This document shows positions 1-11,514 of a DNA stretch of 56,966 nt, one piece after another. The stretch lies in NCBI GenBank assembly GCA_905210995.1, contig CAJLZE010000003.1:1-56966 (forward strand). Reading direction: 5' to 3'. The notes below the pieces were generated by a model. That model did not search any database, was not told the DNA's origin, and saw only the letters and a program-made list of their open reading frames with translations. A program made the translations under genes and the position numbers. This DNA is from an uncultured Anaerotruncus sp. GTDB lineage: Bacteria; Bacillota; Clostridia; Oscillospirales; CAG-272. Every line of letters begins with the position of its first letter. The first letter of the stretch is position 1.

Positions 1-25
1 AGCCGGTATCCGTATTTGTTCCGCG

Positions 26-595
26 TCACTTTTCGGCGGTGTTTTTTTTGCGCAGGTCGAGCAATGTCATCACGCCCGGGCGGTACTCGCGGCGGATAAT
101 GTGTATGATAAGTTCCTCTGTGGATGCAAGGCAGCCGACGGTGCAGACCGCAAACGAATACACGGTGCCGATACCCGTCGAAATGAAATAAGGGAGCATG
201 AACACCCCGAGCCCCGTCAGTTTGTTGAGGTATGTATGCAGCGCCGCAAAACGGTGATATTTTACGGCAGCGGTCAGATAAGACGCCAGCCGCAACGCAA
301 GCACGAGCCCCACATACGCCCATATCAGGCGCGGCAGACGTTCCCACAGCACCGGGAACATACGTATCATCATCACCGAGTAAAAAAGAAGGTCGGCGGC
401 GCTGTCAAGCTTGGCACCGAGCTCGGTCGTGATATGCGCGGCACGCGCTATAACGCCGTCAAGCACATCGCTGATACCGCAAAGCGTGTATATGACAAAG
501 AATGCGGGCGTCAGCGGTGTTATGAACATAAGGCACGCCGCACCAGCTATACGCAGCGATGTCAGTATATTCGGCAGTGTCAGCAGCTTTTTCAT
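26..595 (-). CDS. CDP-alcohol phosphatidyltransferase family protein (PgsA-like)
   Basis: ORF 26..640. Start moved to the ATG at 595, preceded by GGAGGAAGG. Carries the motif DG-x2-AR-x8-G-x3-D-x3-D (DVLDGVIARAAHITTELGAKLDSAADLL) and several TM helices. Confidence 0.8.
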   Translation of the reverse strand: MKKLLTLPNILTSLRIAGAACLMFITPLTPAFFVIYTLCGISDVLDGVIARAAHITTELGAKLDSAADLLFYSVMMIRMFPVLWERLPRLIWAYVGLVLALRLASYLTAAVKYHRFAALHTYLNKLTGLGVFMLPYFISTGIGTVYSFAVCTVGCLASTEELIIHIIRREYRPGVMTLLDLRKKNTAEK

Positions 596-695
596 CCTTC
601 CTCCATGGGATCGTTGCGGCGGAACGGTCCGCGCAGGCACAGAATGCCGTGCCCGTACATTTTCGCAGTCCGTGACCGCCGATCTTCATTATTGC

Positions 696-731
696 GAAAT
701 AAAGATCCTGCCGCGCGCGACAGGATCCTTT
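696..731 (-). terminator. intrinsic terminator 3' of tRNA-Leu
   Basis: Minus-sense hairpin GGATCCTGTCGCGCGCGGCAGGATC followed by TTTATTT, immediately after the tRNA 3' end. Confidence 0.6.
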
Positions 732-732
732 G

Positions 733-819
733 TGGTGCCGGTGGCGGGGGTCGAACCCGCACGTCCGTGAAGACACGGGATTTTGAGTCCCGCGCGTCTG
801 CCAATTCCACCACACCGGC
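733..819 (-). tRNA. tRNA-Leu (anticodon CAA)
   Basis: 87-nt cloverleaf folded by eye. Acceptor GCCGGTG/CACCGGC, anticodon stem CGGGA/TCCCG with loop CTCAAAA, long variable arm, T-arm GCGGG-TTCGACC-CCCGC, encoded CCA. Confidence 0.9.
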
Positions 820-1059
820 ATATTGCTTTATCGCGGCAATTAAATCTCTCATGTATTATACCACACCAAGAGATGAAAATCAAGACATAATACCGATTTT
901 TCGACCTTCACTTTTCAGTATCGCGGATATTTTTGCCGCCGGAATGCTCGTAGCGATGTTCCCGCGTTGCGGAATGTAACTGTTTCTGCTCTGCGGCATA
1001 CCATGAAAGAGAGAATATTCATACCCGCCGCAGGACGGCGGGACACACGGAGGTTGTTC

Positions 1060-1593
1060 ATGAACGAAAGAACAAACGAACAAAGCAGAACGAACGGGAT
1101 AGACTCCGCAGAGGAACAGCACTCTCCGCAGCGGGAAGCTACAGCAGAGCAGAATACGCCACCGGCAGCTCCGCAGACCATATCGGACGATCTGAGCGGC
1201 GAAGGGCGTCTGCTCGTCCGCGTCACGACAGCGACGGGAGCCATCCCTCTCGAAAATGCCACGGTCGTGATACGCGACAGTCCCGAGGCAGGCGGAGGCA
1301 TCGTCGCATCACTTCGCACCGACCGCAGTGGACTTACACCGGTGATAACGCTTGCGGCGCCGCCAAAAGCCATCGCCCAGCAGCCGGGGACGGTCAGACC
1401 ATTTTCAACATACAGCATAGACGTCATCCTTCCCGGATATTTCACCCCCGTATATGAGGGCGTTCCCGTATTCGATGGCATCACATCGGTGCAGAGCGTG
1501 GGAATGATACCGCTTCCCGAAAACGGCTTCCCCGACTCGCGCCGTCCGGATGAAAAAATAATCTATCCGGAATCAAACAATCCCGAGCTGTGA
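1060..1593 (+). CDS. SleC N-terminal (pre-pro) region-like protein with a carboxypeptidase-regulatory-like beta-sandwich
   Basis: ORF 967..1593. ATG at 1060 follows GGAGG. The block LLVRVTTATGAIPLENATVVIRD...SIDVILPGY resembles the N-terminal region of clostridial SleC as I remember it. Confidence 0.55.
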   Translation: MNERTNEQSRTNGIDSAEEQHSPQREATAEQNTPPAAPQTISDDLSGEGRLLVRVTTATGAIPLENATVVIRDSPEAGGGIVASLRTDRSGLTPVITLAAPPKAIAQQPGTVRPFSTYSIDVILPGYFTPVYEGVPVFDGITSVQSVGMIPLPENGFPDSRRPDEKIIYPESNNPEL

Positions 1594-1606
1594 TAGGAGG
1601 AACGCA

Positions 1607-3004
1607 ATGCCTACAGTAACACCTGTCATTCCCGAGACAATAACCGTACATCTCGGCGCACCGGGAACTTCCGCCGCAAATGTAACGCTTCCCTTCTGGA
1701 ACTACATAGCAAACGTCGCATCAAGCGAAATATATCCGTCGTGGCCGGAAAACGCTCTGCGTGCGAATATATACGCGCAGATAAGCTTTGCGCTCAACCG
1801 CATATACACAGAATATTACCGCTCACGAGGGTATGATTTCGACATAACCAACTCTACCGCATATGACCAGTACTTCGTTGAAGGGCGCGACATTTTCAGC
1901 AATATAAACGAGATAGTCGGCGAGATTTTCAACAGTTATGTCGTTCGCCAAGGCAGCGTAGAACCGCTTTTTACCCAATACTGCAACGGCACCACAGTCA
2001 CCTGCCCGGGACTTTCGCAATGGGGAACCGTCGAGCTTGCAAACCGCGGACTGACGCCGTATGAGATACTTCAGTATTACTACGGCGACGATATCGACAT
2101 AGTAACGAACGTTCCGGTGGAAAACGTGAGAGCCTCGGCTCCCCTTGTGCCGTTGAGACCGGGAAGTGCGGGAAACGGTGTGCGGAACGTTCAGATACGC
2201 CTCAACCGCATATCTCAGAACTACCCTGCCATTCCCAAGATCGTTGTGACCGACGGTCTTTTCTCGACCGATACCGAGGAGGCGGTAAAGGAGTTTCAGC
2301 ACATCGCGGGACTCACGCCCGACGGTATAGTGGGAAACGCGACATGGTATGCGATACTGTTCTATTACAATGCCGTGAAACGGCTCAATGAGCTGAATTC
2401 CGAGGGGCTGTCACTCTCCGAGATATCGCAGGAATTTCCCTTTCTGCTTCAGGAGGGCATGACGGGTCAGGCAGTGAGAAATCTCCAGTATTACATCAGT
2501 TATCTTTCCCGCTATTATCAGACGATACCGTCTGTCGCCGTTGACGGTATATTCGGTCCGGCAACCAAAGCAGCCGTCATAGACGTACAGAACACCTTCG
2601 ACCTTACGCCGGACGGCATCGTGGGTCCGTACACATGGCAACGGATATACAACGCCTATCTCGGGATCGCACGCACCATACCGATAGAGTATGTCGCGGG
2701 CAGGGGCATCCCATATCAGGGAGTTCCGCTGCGGCTGGGGTCGGAGGGCGAGACCGTTCTGTTGCTCCAAAGATATCTAAACCGCATCGCGCAGTCGATA
2801 AACGAGCTGCCCGAGGTGACGCCGACCGGTTATTTCGGAAATATAACCGAGCAGGTCGTGCGGTCATTTCAGGACTTTTACGGGCTTCCGGTCACCGGTG
2901 TCGTGAATATCGAAACATGGGATGCAATAGAGAGCGTGTTCGACGATGTGAGCGCCGAGGACACTCTGCGCGATGGTCAATACCCCGGCTATCCGGTTTC
3001 ATGA
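1607..3004 (+). CDS. SleC-like spore cortex-lytic enzyme / peptidoglycan-binding protein
   Basis: AGGAGG lies 7 nt upstream. The N-terminal block NYIANVASSEIYPSWPENALRANIYAQISFALNRIYTEYYRSRGYDFDITNSTAYDQ...QYCNG matches the SleC core from memory. Three PG_binding_1-type repeats (LTPDGIVGxxTW). Confidence 0.7.
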   Translation: MPTVTPVIPETITVHLGAPGTSAANVTLPFWNYIANVASSEIYPSWPENALRANIYAQISFALNRIYTEYYRSRGYDFDITNSTAYDQYFVEGRDIFSNINEIVGEIFNSYVVRQGSVEPLFTQYCNGTTVTCPGLSQWGTVELANRGLTPYEILQYYYGDDIDIVTNVPVENVRASAPLVPLRPGSAGNGVRNVQIRLNRISQNYPAIPKIVVTDGLFSTDTEEAVKEFQHIAGLTPDGIVGNATWYAILFYYNAVKRLNELNSEGLSLSEISQEFPFLLQEGMTGQAVRNLQYYISYLSRYYQTIPSVAVDGIFGPATKAAVIDVQNTFDLTPDGIVGPYTWQRIYNAYLGIARTIPIEYVAGRGIPYQGVPLRLGSEGETVLLLQRYLNRIAQSINELPEVTPTGYFGNITEQVVRSFQDFYGLPVTGVVNIETWDAIESVFDDVSAEDTLRDGQYPGYPVS

Positions 3005-3020
3005 ATGGAGGACGCACGCA

Positions 3021-3551
3021 ATGGACAAAAGAACCACCGAGACAGAAGCGCGGCGCAACATACAGCGTTATCTGCGTCAGCTGTCATATTTTGAACCTAC
3101 GATATTGCCGCCGCCGATAAACGGCGTCGCCGGAGACGATACGACGCGCGCCCTGAAAGCTTTTCAGAAGCTTGATGGGCTCCCCGAGACCGGGATCGCG
3201 GACAGCATCACGTTTGACCGTCTGTTTGCCGCATATGTCGCTTCGCTTGAAGAACGCGCACAGCCTGCGGGCATATACCCGTTCCCGGACGCACCGGAAG
3301 GATATTCGCTTGAACCCGGCAACAGCACACCGATCGTGAGGCTCGTGCAGTTCATGCTTACGGAAATATCCGCGATATATGATATGTCTGCGAATGTAGC
3401 CGGAACGGGGATATACGATAAAGCGACCGAGGACGCAGTGCGCGATCTGCAATACCGCAATCTGCTGCCGGTCACCGGGATCACAGACAAAGCAACATGG
3501 GACGCGCTTGCGCGGGCCTACGGCTTTTATATTCTTTACCTCGAACCGTAA
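3021..3551 (+). CDS. peptidoglycan-binding (PG_binding_1) domain protein
   Basis: ORF 2973..3551. ATG at 3021 follows GGAGG. Two repeats of the type ALKAFQKLDGLPETGIADSITF / AVRDLQYRNLLPVTGITDKATW. Confidence 0.65.
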   Translation: MDKRTTETEARRNIQRYLRQLSYFEPTILPPPINGVAGDDTTRALKAFQKLDGLPETGIADSITFDRLFAAYVASLEERAQPAGIYPFPDAPEGYSLEPGNSTPIVRLVQFMLTEISAIYDMSANVAGTGIYDKATEDAVRDLQYRNLLPVTGITDKATWDALARAYGFYILYLEP

Positions 3552-3621
3552 AAAAGCATAAAGGCGGACGGCAAAGTCAAAAATAGTGTCATAACATTAT
3601 TTCTCAAGGAGCCCTACGCCA

Positions 3622-6063
3622 ATGAAAAGTAAATTCACGCAAAAAGCACGCAGCACGCTCGGCAGAGCGCTTGACTGCGCGCGCGAGCTCGGGCACACAT
3701 ATATCGGATCCGAGCACCTTCTGCTCGGTCTGCTCGGAGAAGACGATTCCGCAGCGAGCCGCCTGCTCTATGCGCGCGGTGCCGATTATGACCGCGTGTT
3801 CTCTGCGGTGGCGGAAACCTCCGGAGTCGGTGCACCGAGCACAGTGCTGCCCTCTGACATGACACCGCGCACGCGCAGGATAATCGAAGTCTCGGCACAG
3901 GCGGCAGCAAAATACATGCAGAGCTTTATCGGCACCGAGCACATTCTTCTTGCCCTGTGTGAGGAACGCGACTGCGCCGCGGTGAGACTGCTTGAAGATC
4001 TCGGGCTCTCCCCCTCCGAGATACGCTCGGACATAACCTCATACCTTGAAAGCATCGCGGGCAGGGCGGCACTGAGGCAGACGGGCGACCGCATTGGCAT
4101 ACGTGACACGGCACCGACTCTTTCAAAATACGGGCGCGACCTCACTGCGGCGGCAGCAGCGGGAAGGCTCGATCCGACCGTGGGCAGAGAAGCCGAGACC
4201 GCGCGTGTGATACAGATACTCTGCCGCAGGCAGAAAAATAATCCTTGCCTTATCGGTGAACCCGGAGTCGGAAAGACCGCCGTCGTCGAAGGTCTGGCAC
4301 GCCTTATCGCCAACGGCGATGTACCCGAGCAGCTTGCGGGGCGCACGCTCATAACTCTCGACCTGCCATCAATGATCGCCGGGGCAAAATACCGCGGCGA
4401 GTTTGAGGACAGAATGAAAAGCGTCATGGAGGAGGTCGCAAAGAACGATTCCATAATACTGTTCATTGACGAGATACACACCGTGATCGGTGCGGGAGCA
4501 GCCGAGGGTGCGGTCGATGCTGCAAATATACTGAAGCCGGCTCTGGCACGCGGAGAGCTTCAGGTCATCGGTGCAACCACGGTAAGCGAATACCGCATGC
4601 ACATCGAAAAAGATCCGGCACTCGAGCGCCGCTTTCAGCCGGTGAATATCGGAGAGCCGTCCGAAGAAGATGCCATAAGTATTCTCGGCGGTCTGCGCAG
4701 CGGTTATGAGGAGCACCATGGACTCAGGATCACCGACGAGGCAATAGAAGCGGCTGTAAGGCTTTCGGCACGCTATATAAACGGCAGATTTCTCCCCGAC
4801 AAAGCGATCGACCTTATCGATGAGGCGGCGGCAGGCAAGCGGATAGAACTTTCGAATCGCCCGGGCTCGCTCAGAAGCTACGAACGACAGCTTCGCGATG
4901 TGATGCGCGAAAAGGAGCAGGCGATCTGCAATCAGGACTTCGAAGGCGCCGCAGCTCTCAGAGACAAGGAGAACGGGCTGCGCCTCCTTTGTGAAAAGGC
5001 GCTTAGGGAAAGCACAGATAACGAAAACGATGCCGTAAGCGCCGAGGACATAGCCGATATCGTTACACGCTGGACGGGGATCCCCGTTACATCGGTCACT
5101 GAGGATGAATCGCGCCGACTCTCCGAGCTTGAGGAGCGTCTTGCCCGTCATGTTGTCGGTCAGAGCGAGGCAATAAAGGTCACGTCGGCAGCGATAAGGC
5201 GCGGCAGACTGGGAATATCCGACCCGCGCCGTCCGATAGGCTCGTTCATTTTTTCGGGACCGAGCGGCGTCGGCAAAACCGAGCTCTGCCGCGCACTTGC
5301 CGAGGAGCTGTTCGGTTCGCAGAGCTTTCTCCTGCGCTTTGATATGTCCGAATACATGGAAAAGCACAGCGTCTCACGGCTGATCGGCTCTCCGCCGGGT
5401 TATATCGGATATGACGACGGCGGGCAGCTCACCGAACGCGTGCGCCGCATGCCGTACTGTGTACTTCTCTTCGACGAGATTGAAAAAGCGCACGGGGACA
5501 TTTTCAATATACTTCTTCAGATCCTTGAGGACGGACGACTGACCGATTCGCAGGGCAGGACGGTCGATTTCCGCAATACGGTAGTGATAATGACATCGAA
5601 CATCGGCGCAAGATACCGTGACAAAAACAGCATAGGCTTTGATCCGCGCGGTACCTCCGCTTCCGGAAGCGACGAAAAACAGCGCGTGACGCGCGCACTC
5701 GAGGAAACGTTCAGACCCGAGCTGCTCAACAGAATAGACGAGATCGTTGTATTCAATCGCCTCAGCCCCGATGACGTACAAAAAATATGCCGCACCATGC
5801 TCGGTGAGCTATCGGCGCGCTGTGCCGCCGGCGAACGCGGATTTTCGCTTGTATTTGACGATAGCGCCACAGACTTTCTCTGCCGGCGCGGATACGATCC
5901 CGCACTCGGCGCACGCCCGCTGAGGCGCGTGATACAGCGCAAGGTCGAAGAGCCGCTCGCCGATGCCATGCTCTCCGGCGGCGTGAAAAAGATAGTCCGC
6001 GGCAGCAGAGTCACGGTCACCGCCTCTGGCGACGGAGAAGAACTGTCCATTGACATCAAATAA
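3622..6063 (+). CDS. clpC: ATP-dependent Clp protease ATP-binding subunit ClpC
   Basis: 813 aa with a double Clp_N repeat. Walker A motifs GEPGVGKT and GPSGVGKTE, UVR-like linker (DFEGAAALRDKE), and sensor/arginine-finger regions. Confidence 0.9.
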   Translation: MKSKFTQKARSTLGRALDCARELGHTYIGSEHLLLGLLGEDDSAASRLLYARGADYDRVFSAVAETSGVGAPSTVLPSDMTPRTRRIIEVSAQAAAKYMQSFIGTEHILLALCEERDCAAVRLLEDLGLSPSEIRSDITSYLESIAGRAALRQTGDRIGIRDTAPTLSKYGRDLTAAAAAGRLDPTVGREAETARVIQILCRRQKNNPCLIGEPGVGKTAVVEGLARLIANGDVPEQLAGRTLITLDLPSMIAGAKYRGEFEDRMKSVMEEVAKNDSIILFIDEIHTVIGAGAAEGAVDAANILKPALARGELQVIGATTVSEYRMHIEKDPALERRFQPVNIGEPSEEDAISILGGLRSGYEEHHGLRITDEAIEAAVRLSARYINGRFLPDKAIDLIDEAAAGKRIELSNRPGSLRSYERQLRDVMREKEQAICNQDFEGAAALRDKENGLRLLCEKALRESTDNENDAVSAEDIADIVTRWTGIPVTSVTEDESRRLSELEERLARHVVGQSEAIKVTSAAIRRGRLGISDPRRPIGSFIFSGPSGVGKTELCRALAEELFGSQSFLLRFDMSEYMEKHSVSRLIGSPPGYIGYDDGGQLTERVRRMPYCVLLFDEIEKAHGDIFNILLQILEDGRLTDSQGRTVDFRNTVVIMTSNIGARYRDKNSIGFDPRGTSASGSDEKQRVTRALEETFRPELLNRIDEIVVFNRLSPDDVQKICRTMLGELSARCAAGERGFSLVFDDSATDFLCRRGYDPALGARPLRRVIQRKVEEPLADAMLSGGVKKIVRGSRVTVTASGDGEELSIDIK

Positions 6064-6086
6064 GTCTTTAATTTTGCAATATTATC

Positions 6087-6115
6087 TTGACTGTTATTCT
6101 TTTTTGTGGTATAAT
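6087..6115 (+). promoter_or_regulatory. sigma-A type promoter upstream of gdhA
   Basis: TTGACT (6087-6092), 17-nt spacer, TGgTATAAT extended -10 (TATAAT at 6110-6115). The gdhA RBS AAAGGAG lies downstream. Confidence 0.65.
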
Positions 6116-6131
6116 ACCTCCCGTAAAGTGA

Positions 6132-7508
<1,377 letters not shown>

Positions 7509-7516
7509 CATCACGC

Positions 7517-7562
7517 AAAAAGACCTGCTGCCGCGCAAATGCGCGGCAGCAGGTCTTTTTGT
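7517..7562. terminator. bidirectional intrinsic terminator (gdhA / queA)
   Basis: AAAA-AGACCTGCTGCCGCGC-AAAT-GCGCGGCAGCAGGTCT-TTTTTG, a perfect 16-bp stem with an A-run and a T-run. Confidence 0.85.
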
Positions 7563-7581
7563 TTACATCGGCACCGTCAGC

Positions 7582-8733
7582 TTACTGAATGAACATGGCG
7601 TCACCGAAGCTGAAAAAGCGATATTTCTCCTTGACAGCCAGCCGATAAGCCTCAAGCATCTTATCACGGTCGTAGAACGCACTCACGAGCATGAGGAGCG
7701 TGCTCTCGGGCAGGTGGAAATTCGTTATCAGCGCATCGACCATTTTAAATCTGTATCCGGGATATATGAATATCCCCGTGTCGGCGCTCATAGCGTGCAG
7801 TATCCCCTGCTCATCCGACGCGCTCTCGAGCGTGCGGCAAGAGGTCGTTCCGACGGCGATTATGCGTCCTCCGGCAGCACGGCGCTCATTTATCGTTTTT
7901 GCGGCTTCCTCACTGACCGAAAAATATTCGGTATGCATAATGTGCTCCGATACCTTGTCGGCTTTGACGGGACGGAAGGTCCCGAGACCAACATGGAGCA
8001 TGACCGGCACGACAGCTACGCCCATCGCACGTATCCTGTCAAGCAGCTCTGTCGTAAAGTGCAGCCCGGCGGTCGGCGCGGCAGCCGAGCCCTCCTCGCG
8101 CGAATAGACTGTCTGATACCTTTCGGAGTCCTCAAGCCGCTCCTTTATGTATGGCGGCAGGGGCATAAGACCTATCTCGTGAAGCAGAACGTATGAATTC
8201 TGATATACCGAACGGTCATATTCGAAATGAACTATACGGTTGCCCTCTTCGACTATGTCGGTAACCTCGGCGGCAAGTCTGCCGCCGCCGAAGACGAGAC
8301 GCGCCCCAATCTTCGCCCGTTTACCGGGCTTAACGAGCGTCTCCCACTCGTCGGGACCGTGCTGACGAAGCAGCAGCAGCTCAATGGCTGCCTCCGGTCT
8401 GCCCTCGGCGTGACCGTAAAGACGTGCGGGAATAACACGCGAGTCGTTTATGACAAGAGTATCCGTCGGGCGCAGATAATCTGTTATATCGTGAAAATGC
8501 CTGTGCTCGATAGCTCCCGTCGCGCGGTCTATGACCATAAGCCGCGAGGCATCGCGCACCTCTGTGGGGTGCTGAGCTATCAGCTCCTCGGGAAGATCGT
8601 AATAAAAATCATGTGTGGACAGATCGGTGTCCGGTTTTTTGTTTATAATAACGTCGCTCAAACTGAATAAGCCGTGCCTTTCAAAAATATTCACGGGACG
8701 CCGCACCTTTGTCGCGCAGCGCACCATGCGCAT
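7582..8733 (-). CDS. queA: S-adenosylmethionine:tRNA ribosyltransferase-isomerase
   Basis: [15 protein letters not shown] near the N terminus and C-terminal [10 protein letters not shown]. The ORF-track start gives a ~24-aa extension. The in-frame TTG at 8661 is a plausible true start. Confidence 0.88.
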   Translation of the reverse strand: MRMVRCATKVRRPVNIFERHGLFSLSDVIINKKPDTDLSTHDFYYDLPEELIAQHPTEVRDASRLMVIDRATGAIEHRHFHDITDYLRPTDTLVINDSRVIPARLYGHAEGRPEAAIELLLLRQHGPDEWETLVKPGKRAKIGARLVFGGGRLAAEVTDIVEEGNRIVHFEYDRSVYQNSYVLLHEIGLMPLPPYIKERLEDSERYQTVYSREEGSAAAPTAGLHFTTELLDRIRAMGVAVVPVMLHVGLGTFRPVKADKVSEHIMHTEYFSVSEEAAKTINERRAAGGRIIAVGTTSCRTLESASDEQGILHAMSADTGIFIYPGYRFKMVDALITNFHLPESTLLMLVSAFYDRDKMLEAYRLAVKEKYRFFSFGDAMFIQ

Positions 8734-8800
8734 ATATTATATAACAAAAGGTGTTTTTTTGCAACCTTTTTAAGCAAGCAAGGAGTGATACGGCAGATAA

Positions 8801-9715
8801 ATGAGCAGATACACGGTATTTACCGGGGTCGGCACCGCGCTCGTGACCCCATTTGACGACTCCGGGCACGTTGATCTCGACGCGCTCGGCACGCTTATCG
8901 ACCGCCAGATCGACGGCGGAGCGGACGCGCTCGTGATGACGGGCACAACGGGCGAAGCGCCGGTGCTTTCGGCAGACGAAAAAAAGGAGATATGGCGCTT
9001 TACGCGCGCAAGGATCGACAGCGGCAAGCGAAAGGTCCCGCTCATCGCTGGCAGCGGCGGCAATAACACCGAAGCTGCTGCGGCGCTGGCGCACGATGCG
9101 GAGCTTGCGGGAGCCGACGCGCTGCTTGTCGTGACTCCATACTACAACAAAAGCTCGCAGGCGGGGCTTTGCGAGCATTACAGGCGCATTGCCGGCTCAA
9201 CATCACTGCCGGTGATCGCATATACCGTTCCGTCGCGCACCGGCGTCAATGTAGCGCCGGATACATGGCGCAAACTCGCATCCATCCCGAATATCGTCGG
9301 CGTCAAGGACGCGACCGGCGACCTCAGGCACACCTCGCGGCTCTCGGTCATGCTGGGCGACGAGTCACGCCCGGATTCGCTTGCCGTCTATTCGGGAGAC
9401 GATGAGCTTACGCTGCCGGTGCTTTCATACGGCGGCTGCGGAGTGATATCTGTCGTGTCAAATGTGATCCCGGGCGAGATGCACGAGCTTTGCCATCTGT
9501 TTTTCGGCGGTAAAAACGACGAGGCACTGCGTCTGTGGCGCAGGATAAGCGGCGTCACCGCAGCAATGTTCTGTGACGTGAACCCGATACCGGTAAAAGC
9601 GGCGCTGGCGGAAATGGGACTTTGCCGCCCGTATCTGCGGCTTCCGCTCATCCCGCTCTCGGCAGAGAAGAAAAATACCGTCCGAGCCGCACTGCGGGCA
9701 GCCGGAATGCTGTAA
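8801..9715 (+). CDS. dapA: 4-hydroxy-tetrahydrodipicolinate synthase
   Basis: GVGTALVTPF, GTTGE, YNK and VGVKDATG (Schiff-base Lys) motifs. 304 aa. Confidence 0.9.
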   Translation: MSRYTVFTGVGTALVTPFDDSGHVDLDALGTLIDRQIDGGADALVMTGTTGEAPVLSADEKKEIWRFTRARIDSGKRKVPLIAGSGGNNTEAAAALAHDAELAGADALLVVTPYYNKSSQAGLCEHYRRIAGSTSLPVIAYTVPSRTGVNVAPDTWRKLASIPNIVGVKDATGDLRHTSRLSVMLGDESRPDSLAVYSGDDELTLPVLSYGGCGVISVVSNVIPGEMHELCHLFFGGKNDEALRLWRRISGVTAAMFCDVNPIPVKAALAEMGLCRPYLRLPLIPLSAEKKNTVRAALRAAGML

Positions 9716-9732
9716 GGATATCAAAACAAAAT

Positions 9733-9775
9733 CGGAGGTGCCGAAAAACTCAGAATGAGTTTTTCGGCACCTCCG
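9733..9775. terminator. intrinsic terminator between dapA and the flotillin gene
   Basis: CGGAGGTGCCGAAAAACTC-loop-GAGTTTTTCGGCACCTCCG, a 19-bp stem with T-rich flanks on the minus-sense side. Confidence 0.75.
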
Positions 9776-9782
9776 TAAGGTT

Positions 9783-11219
9783 TTATTCGGCTTTTTCTGC
9801 GGGATGCTCGGATTTTTCCGCCTCCGCGGCAGGCTTTCCGAGGTATTCGGGCAGCTTCATGCCCGCCATGTCGAACAGATCGGTAAGCGGCGGGACCGAC
9901 TTATACAGCCCCGAGATGAACCCCGCGGTGCTGCTCTTTCCGTCGGCGCCGCTCTGTCCGTTGTCCCAGACTGTCACCTTGTCGATCTTGAGGTTCTTGA
10001 CGGCATCGACCTGAATGCGGGTCAGCTCCTCGAGCTTGTCGGTGACCATCAGTCTGATGGCGGCGTTTGCGTCTCCGCCCGCAGCGGCGACGACCTGCGC
10101 AAGACCCTCTGCCTGCTTTACGAGTATCTCTCTCGCACCGGCAGCCTCTGCCTGCATCTTCATGAGTATCGCGTCGGCTTCACCGCGCGCCTTGCGGCGC
10201 ATCTGCTCGGCTTCAGCCTCCGCCTTCAGCTCGGCTTCTCTCTTGGCGATCTCGGCTTTTACAAGAACGTCAGCCTCGAGCTTCGCTCTTTCAAGCTCGG
10301 CACGCGCACCTTCGGCGTCGCGCTGCGCGGCGTAGGATTCCTCCATCGCCTTTGCCGACTGAATGTTTTCGGCGGCAACGGCGCGCTTGTTCGCTTCCGC
10401 TTCTCTTTCGCGGCGTGTCGCGTCGGATTCGGCGATTTTCACCTTCGCCTCGTTCTCACCGGCTATAGCCTCGGAGTTGGCTCGGGAGACATTGATCCTC
10501 TGATCCTTTTCGGCGGCAGACGCACCGATGGCACCGTTTCTGTCAGCCTCGGCGACCGAGATCTTTGCGTCGTTTATCGCCTTTGCGGCAGCCTCTTTAC
10601 CGAGCGCGGCAATATACCCGCTCTCGTCGTCGATATCGGTCACGTTGACGTTTATCAGGCGCAGACCGATCTTTTTGAGCTCTGTCTCAACGTTGCCCGA
10701 AACCGCATCAAGGAACTTGTCGCGGTCGGTGTTGATCTCCTCGATGTCCATCGTGGCGATGACAAGACGAAGCTGACCGAAGATTATATCCTTGGCAAGC
10801 TCCTGTATCTCGGCAAGCTTGAGACCGAGAAGGCGCTCGGCTGCGTTCTGCATCACGCCGACCTCGGTAGAAATACCGACGGTGAAACGCGAGGGAACGT
10901 CAACACGGATGTTCTGGTGCGACAGCGCGTTCGTCAGATCAACCGGGATCGACAGCGGCGTCAGATCGAGATACTCATACGACTGCACGATCGGAACGAT
11001 GAACGCCGCACCGCCGTGAATGCACTTGGCAGAGCGCTGCGTGCCGTCGCGGTTGGTGCCGACCTTACCGTAAATGACCATGATCTTGTCGGAGGGGCAT
11101 TTTTTGTACCTCGACGCGAACACGACGATGAAGGCAAACAGCACGATCACGACCGCCAGAACTATCAGCGGGACCGCGGCGGAAAGTCCGCCCGCGAGCA
11201 TGGGAATGAAGTGTGTCAT
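9783..11219 (-). CDS. flotillin family (SPFH/Band-7) protein, FloT/YuaG-like
   Basis: N-terminal TM helix, SPFH core (IMVIYGK...VDVPSRFTVGI...), and a long Ala/Glu-rich coiled coil (EREAEANKRAVAAE...). GAGGAG RBS. Confidence 0.85.
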   Translation of the reverse strand: MTHFIPMLAGGLSAAVPLIVLAVVIVLFAFIVVFASRYKKCPSDKIMVIYGKVGTNRDGTQRSAKCIHGGAAFIVPIVQSYEYLDLTPLSIPVDLTNALSHQNIRVDVPSRFTVGISTEVGVMQNAAERLLGLKLAEIQELAKDIIFGQLRLVIATMDIEEINTDRDKFLDAVSGNVETELKKIGLRLINVNVTDIDDESGYIAALGKEAAAKAINDAKISVAEADRNGAIGASAAEKDQRINVSRANSEAIAGENEAKVKIAESDATRREREAEANKRAVAAENIQSAKAMEESYAAQRDAEGARAELERAKLEADVLVKAEIAKREAELKAEAEAEQMRRKARGEADAILMKMQAEAAGAREILVKQAEGLAQVVAAAGGDANAAIRLMVTDKLEELTRIQVDAVKNLKIDKVTVWDNGQSGADGKSSTAGFISGLYKSVPPLTDLFDMAGMKLPEYLGKPAAEAEKSEHPAEKAE

Positions 11220-11301
11220 TTTTTATTCTCCTCAAAAATAATTTGGATCGATGTAAATAAGCCGCGAAAGCTCCGTGGCCGCGCAGCACAATCCGTGCGC
11301 G

Positions 11302-11514
11302 TCAGTCGTCCCGCTCTTTGTCCTTGCGGCGCTTGCGCGTCAGAGTTAAGATCGCAGCGGGGACGGCGGCAGCAACGACCGCTCCTGCGGCAAACATCAC
11401 CGCACGCTCGCCCTTTTCGTCGCCCGTTTCGGGCGATGTGGCTGCGTAATTGCGGACATAGTCAAAAATATCTCCGCCGGATATGCGCCAACCGTCGTCG
11501 GTATATACGAGGTC
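11302..11514. repeat. sorting-signal module repeat, long copy (P1 3' end)
   Basis: Nearly identical over ~210 nt to 13125-13334, apart from one extra GTC codon and a few substitutions. Confidence 0.85.

Noticed and set aside
3575-3591. AGTCAAAAATAGTGTCA upstream of clpC as a possible CtsR box
   Set aside because: Only the first heptad matches the (A/G)GTCAAA-NAN-(A/G)GTCAAA consensus. The second repeat is degenerate, and no ctsR/mcsAB genes precede clpC here.
8734-8800. Possible lysine (L-box) riboswitch upstream of dapA
   Set aside because: Only 67 nt separate the queA ORF-track start (140 nt from the alternative TTG start at 8661) from the dapA start. That is far too short for an L-box, and no conserved L-box helices are visible.
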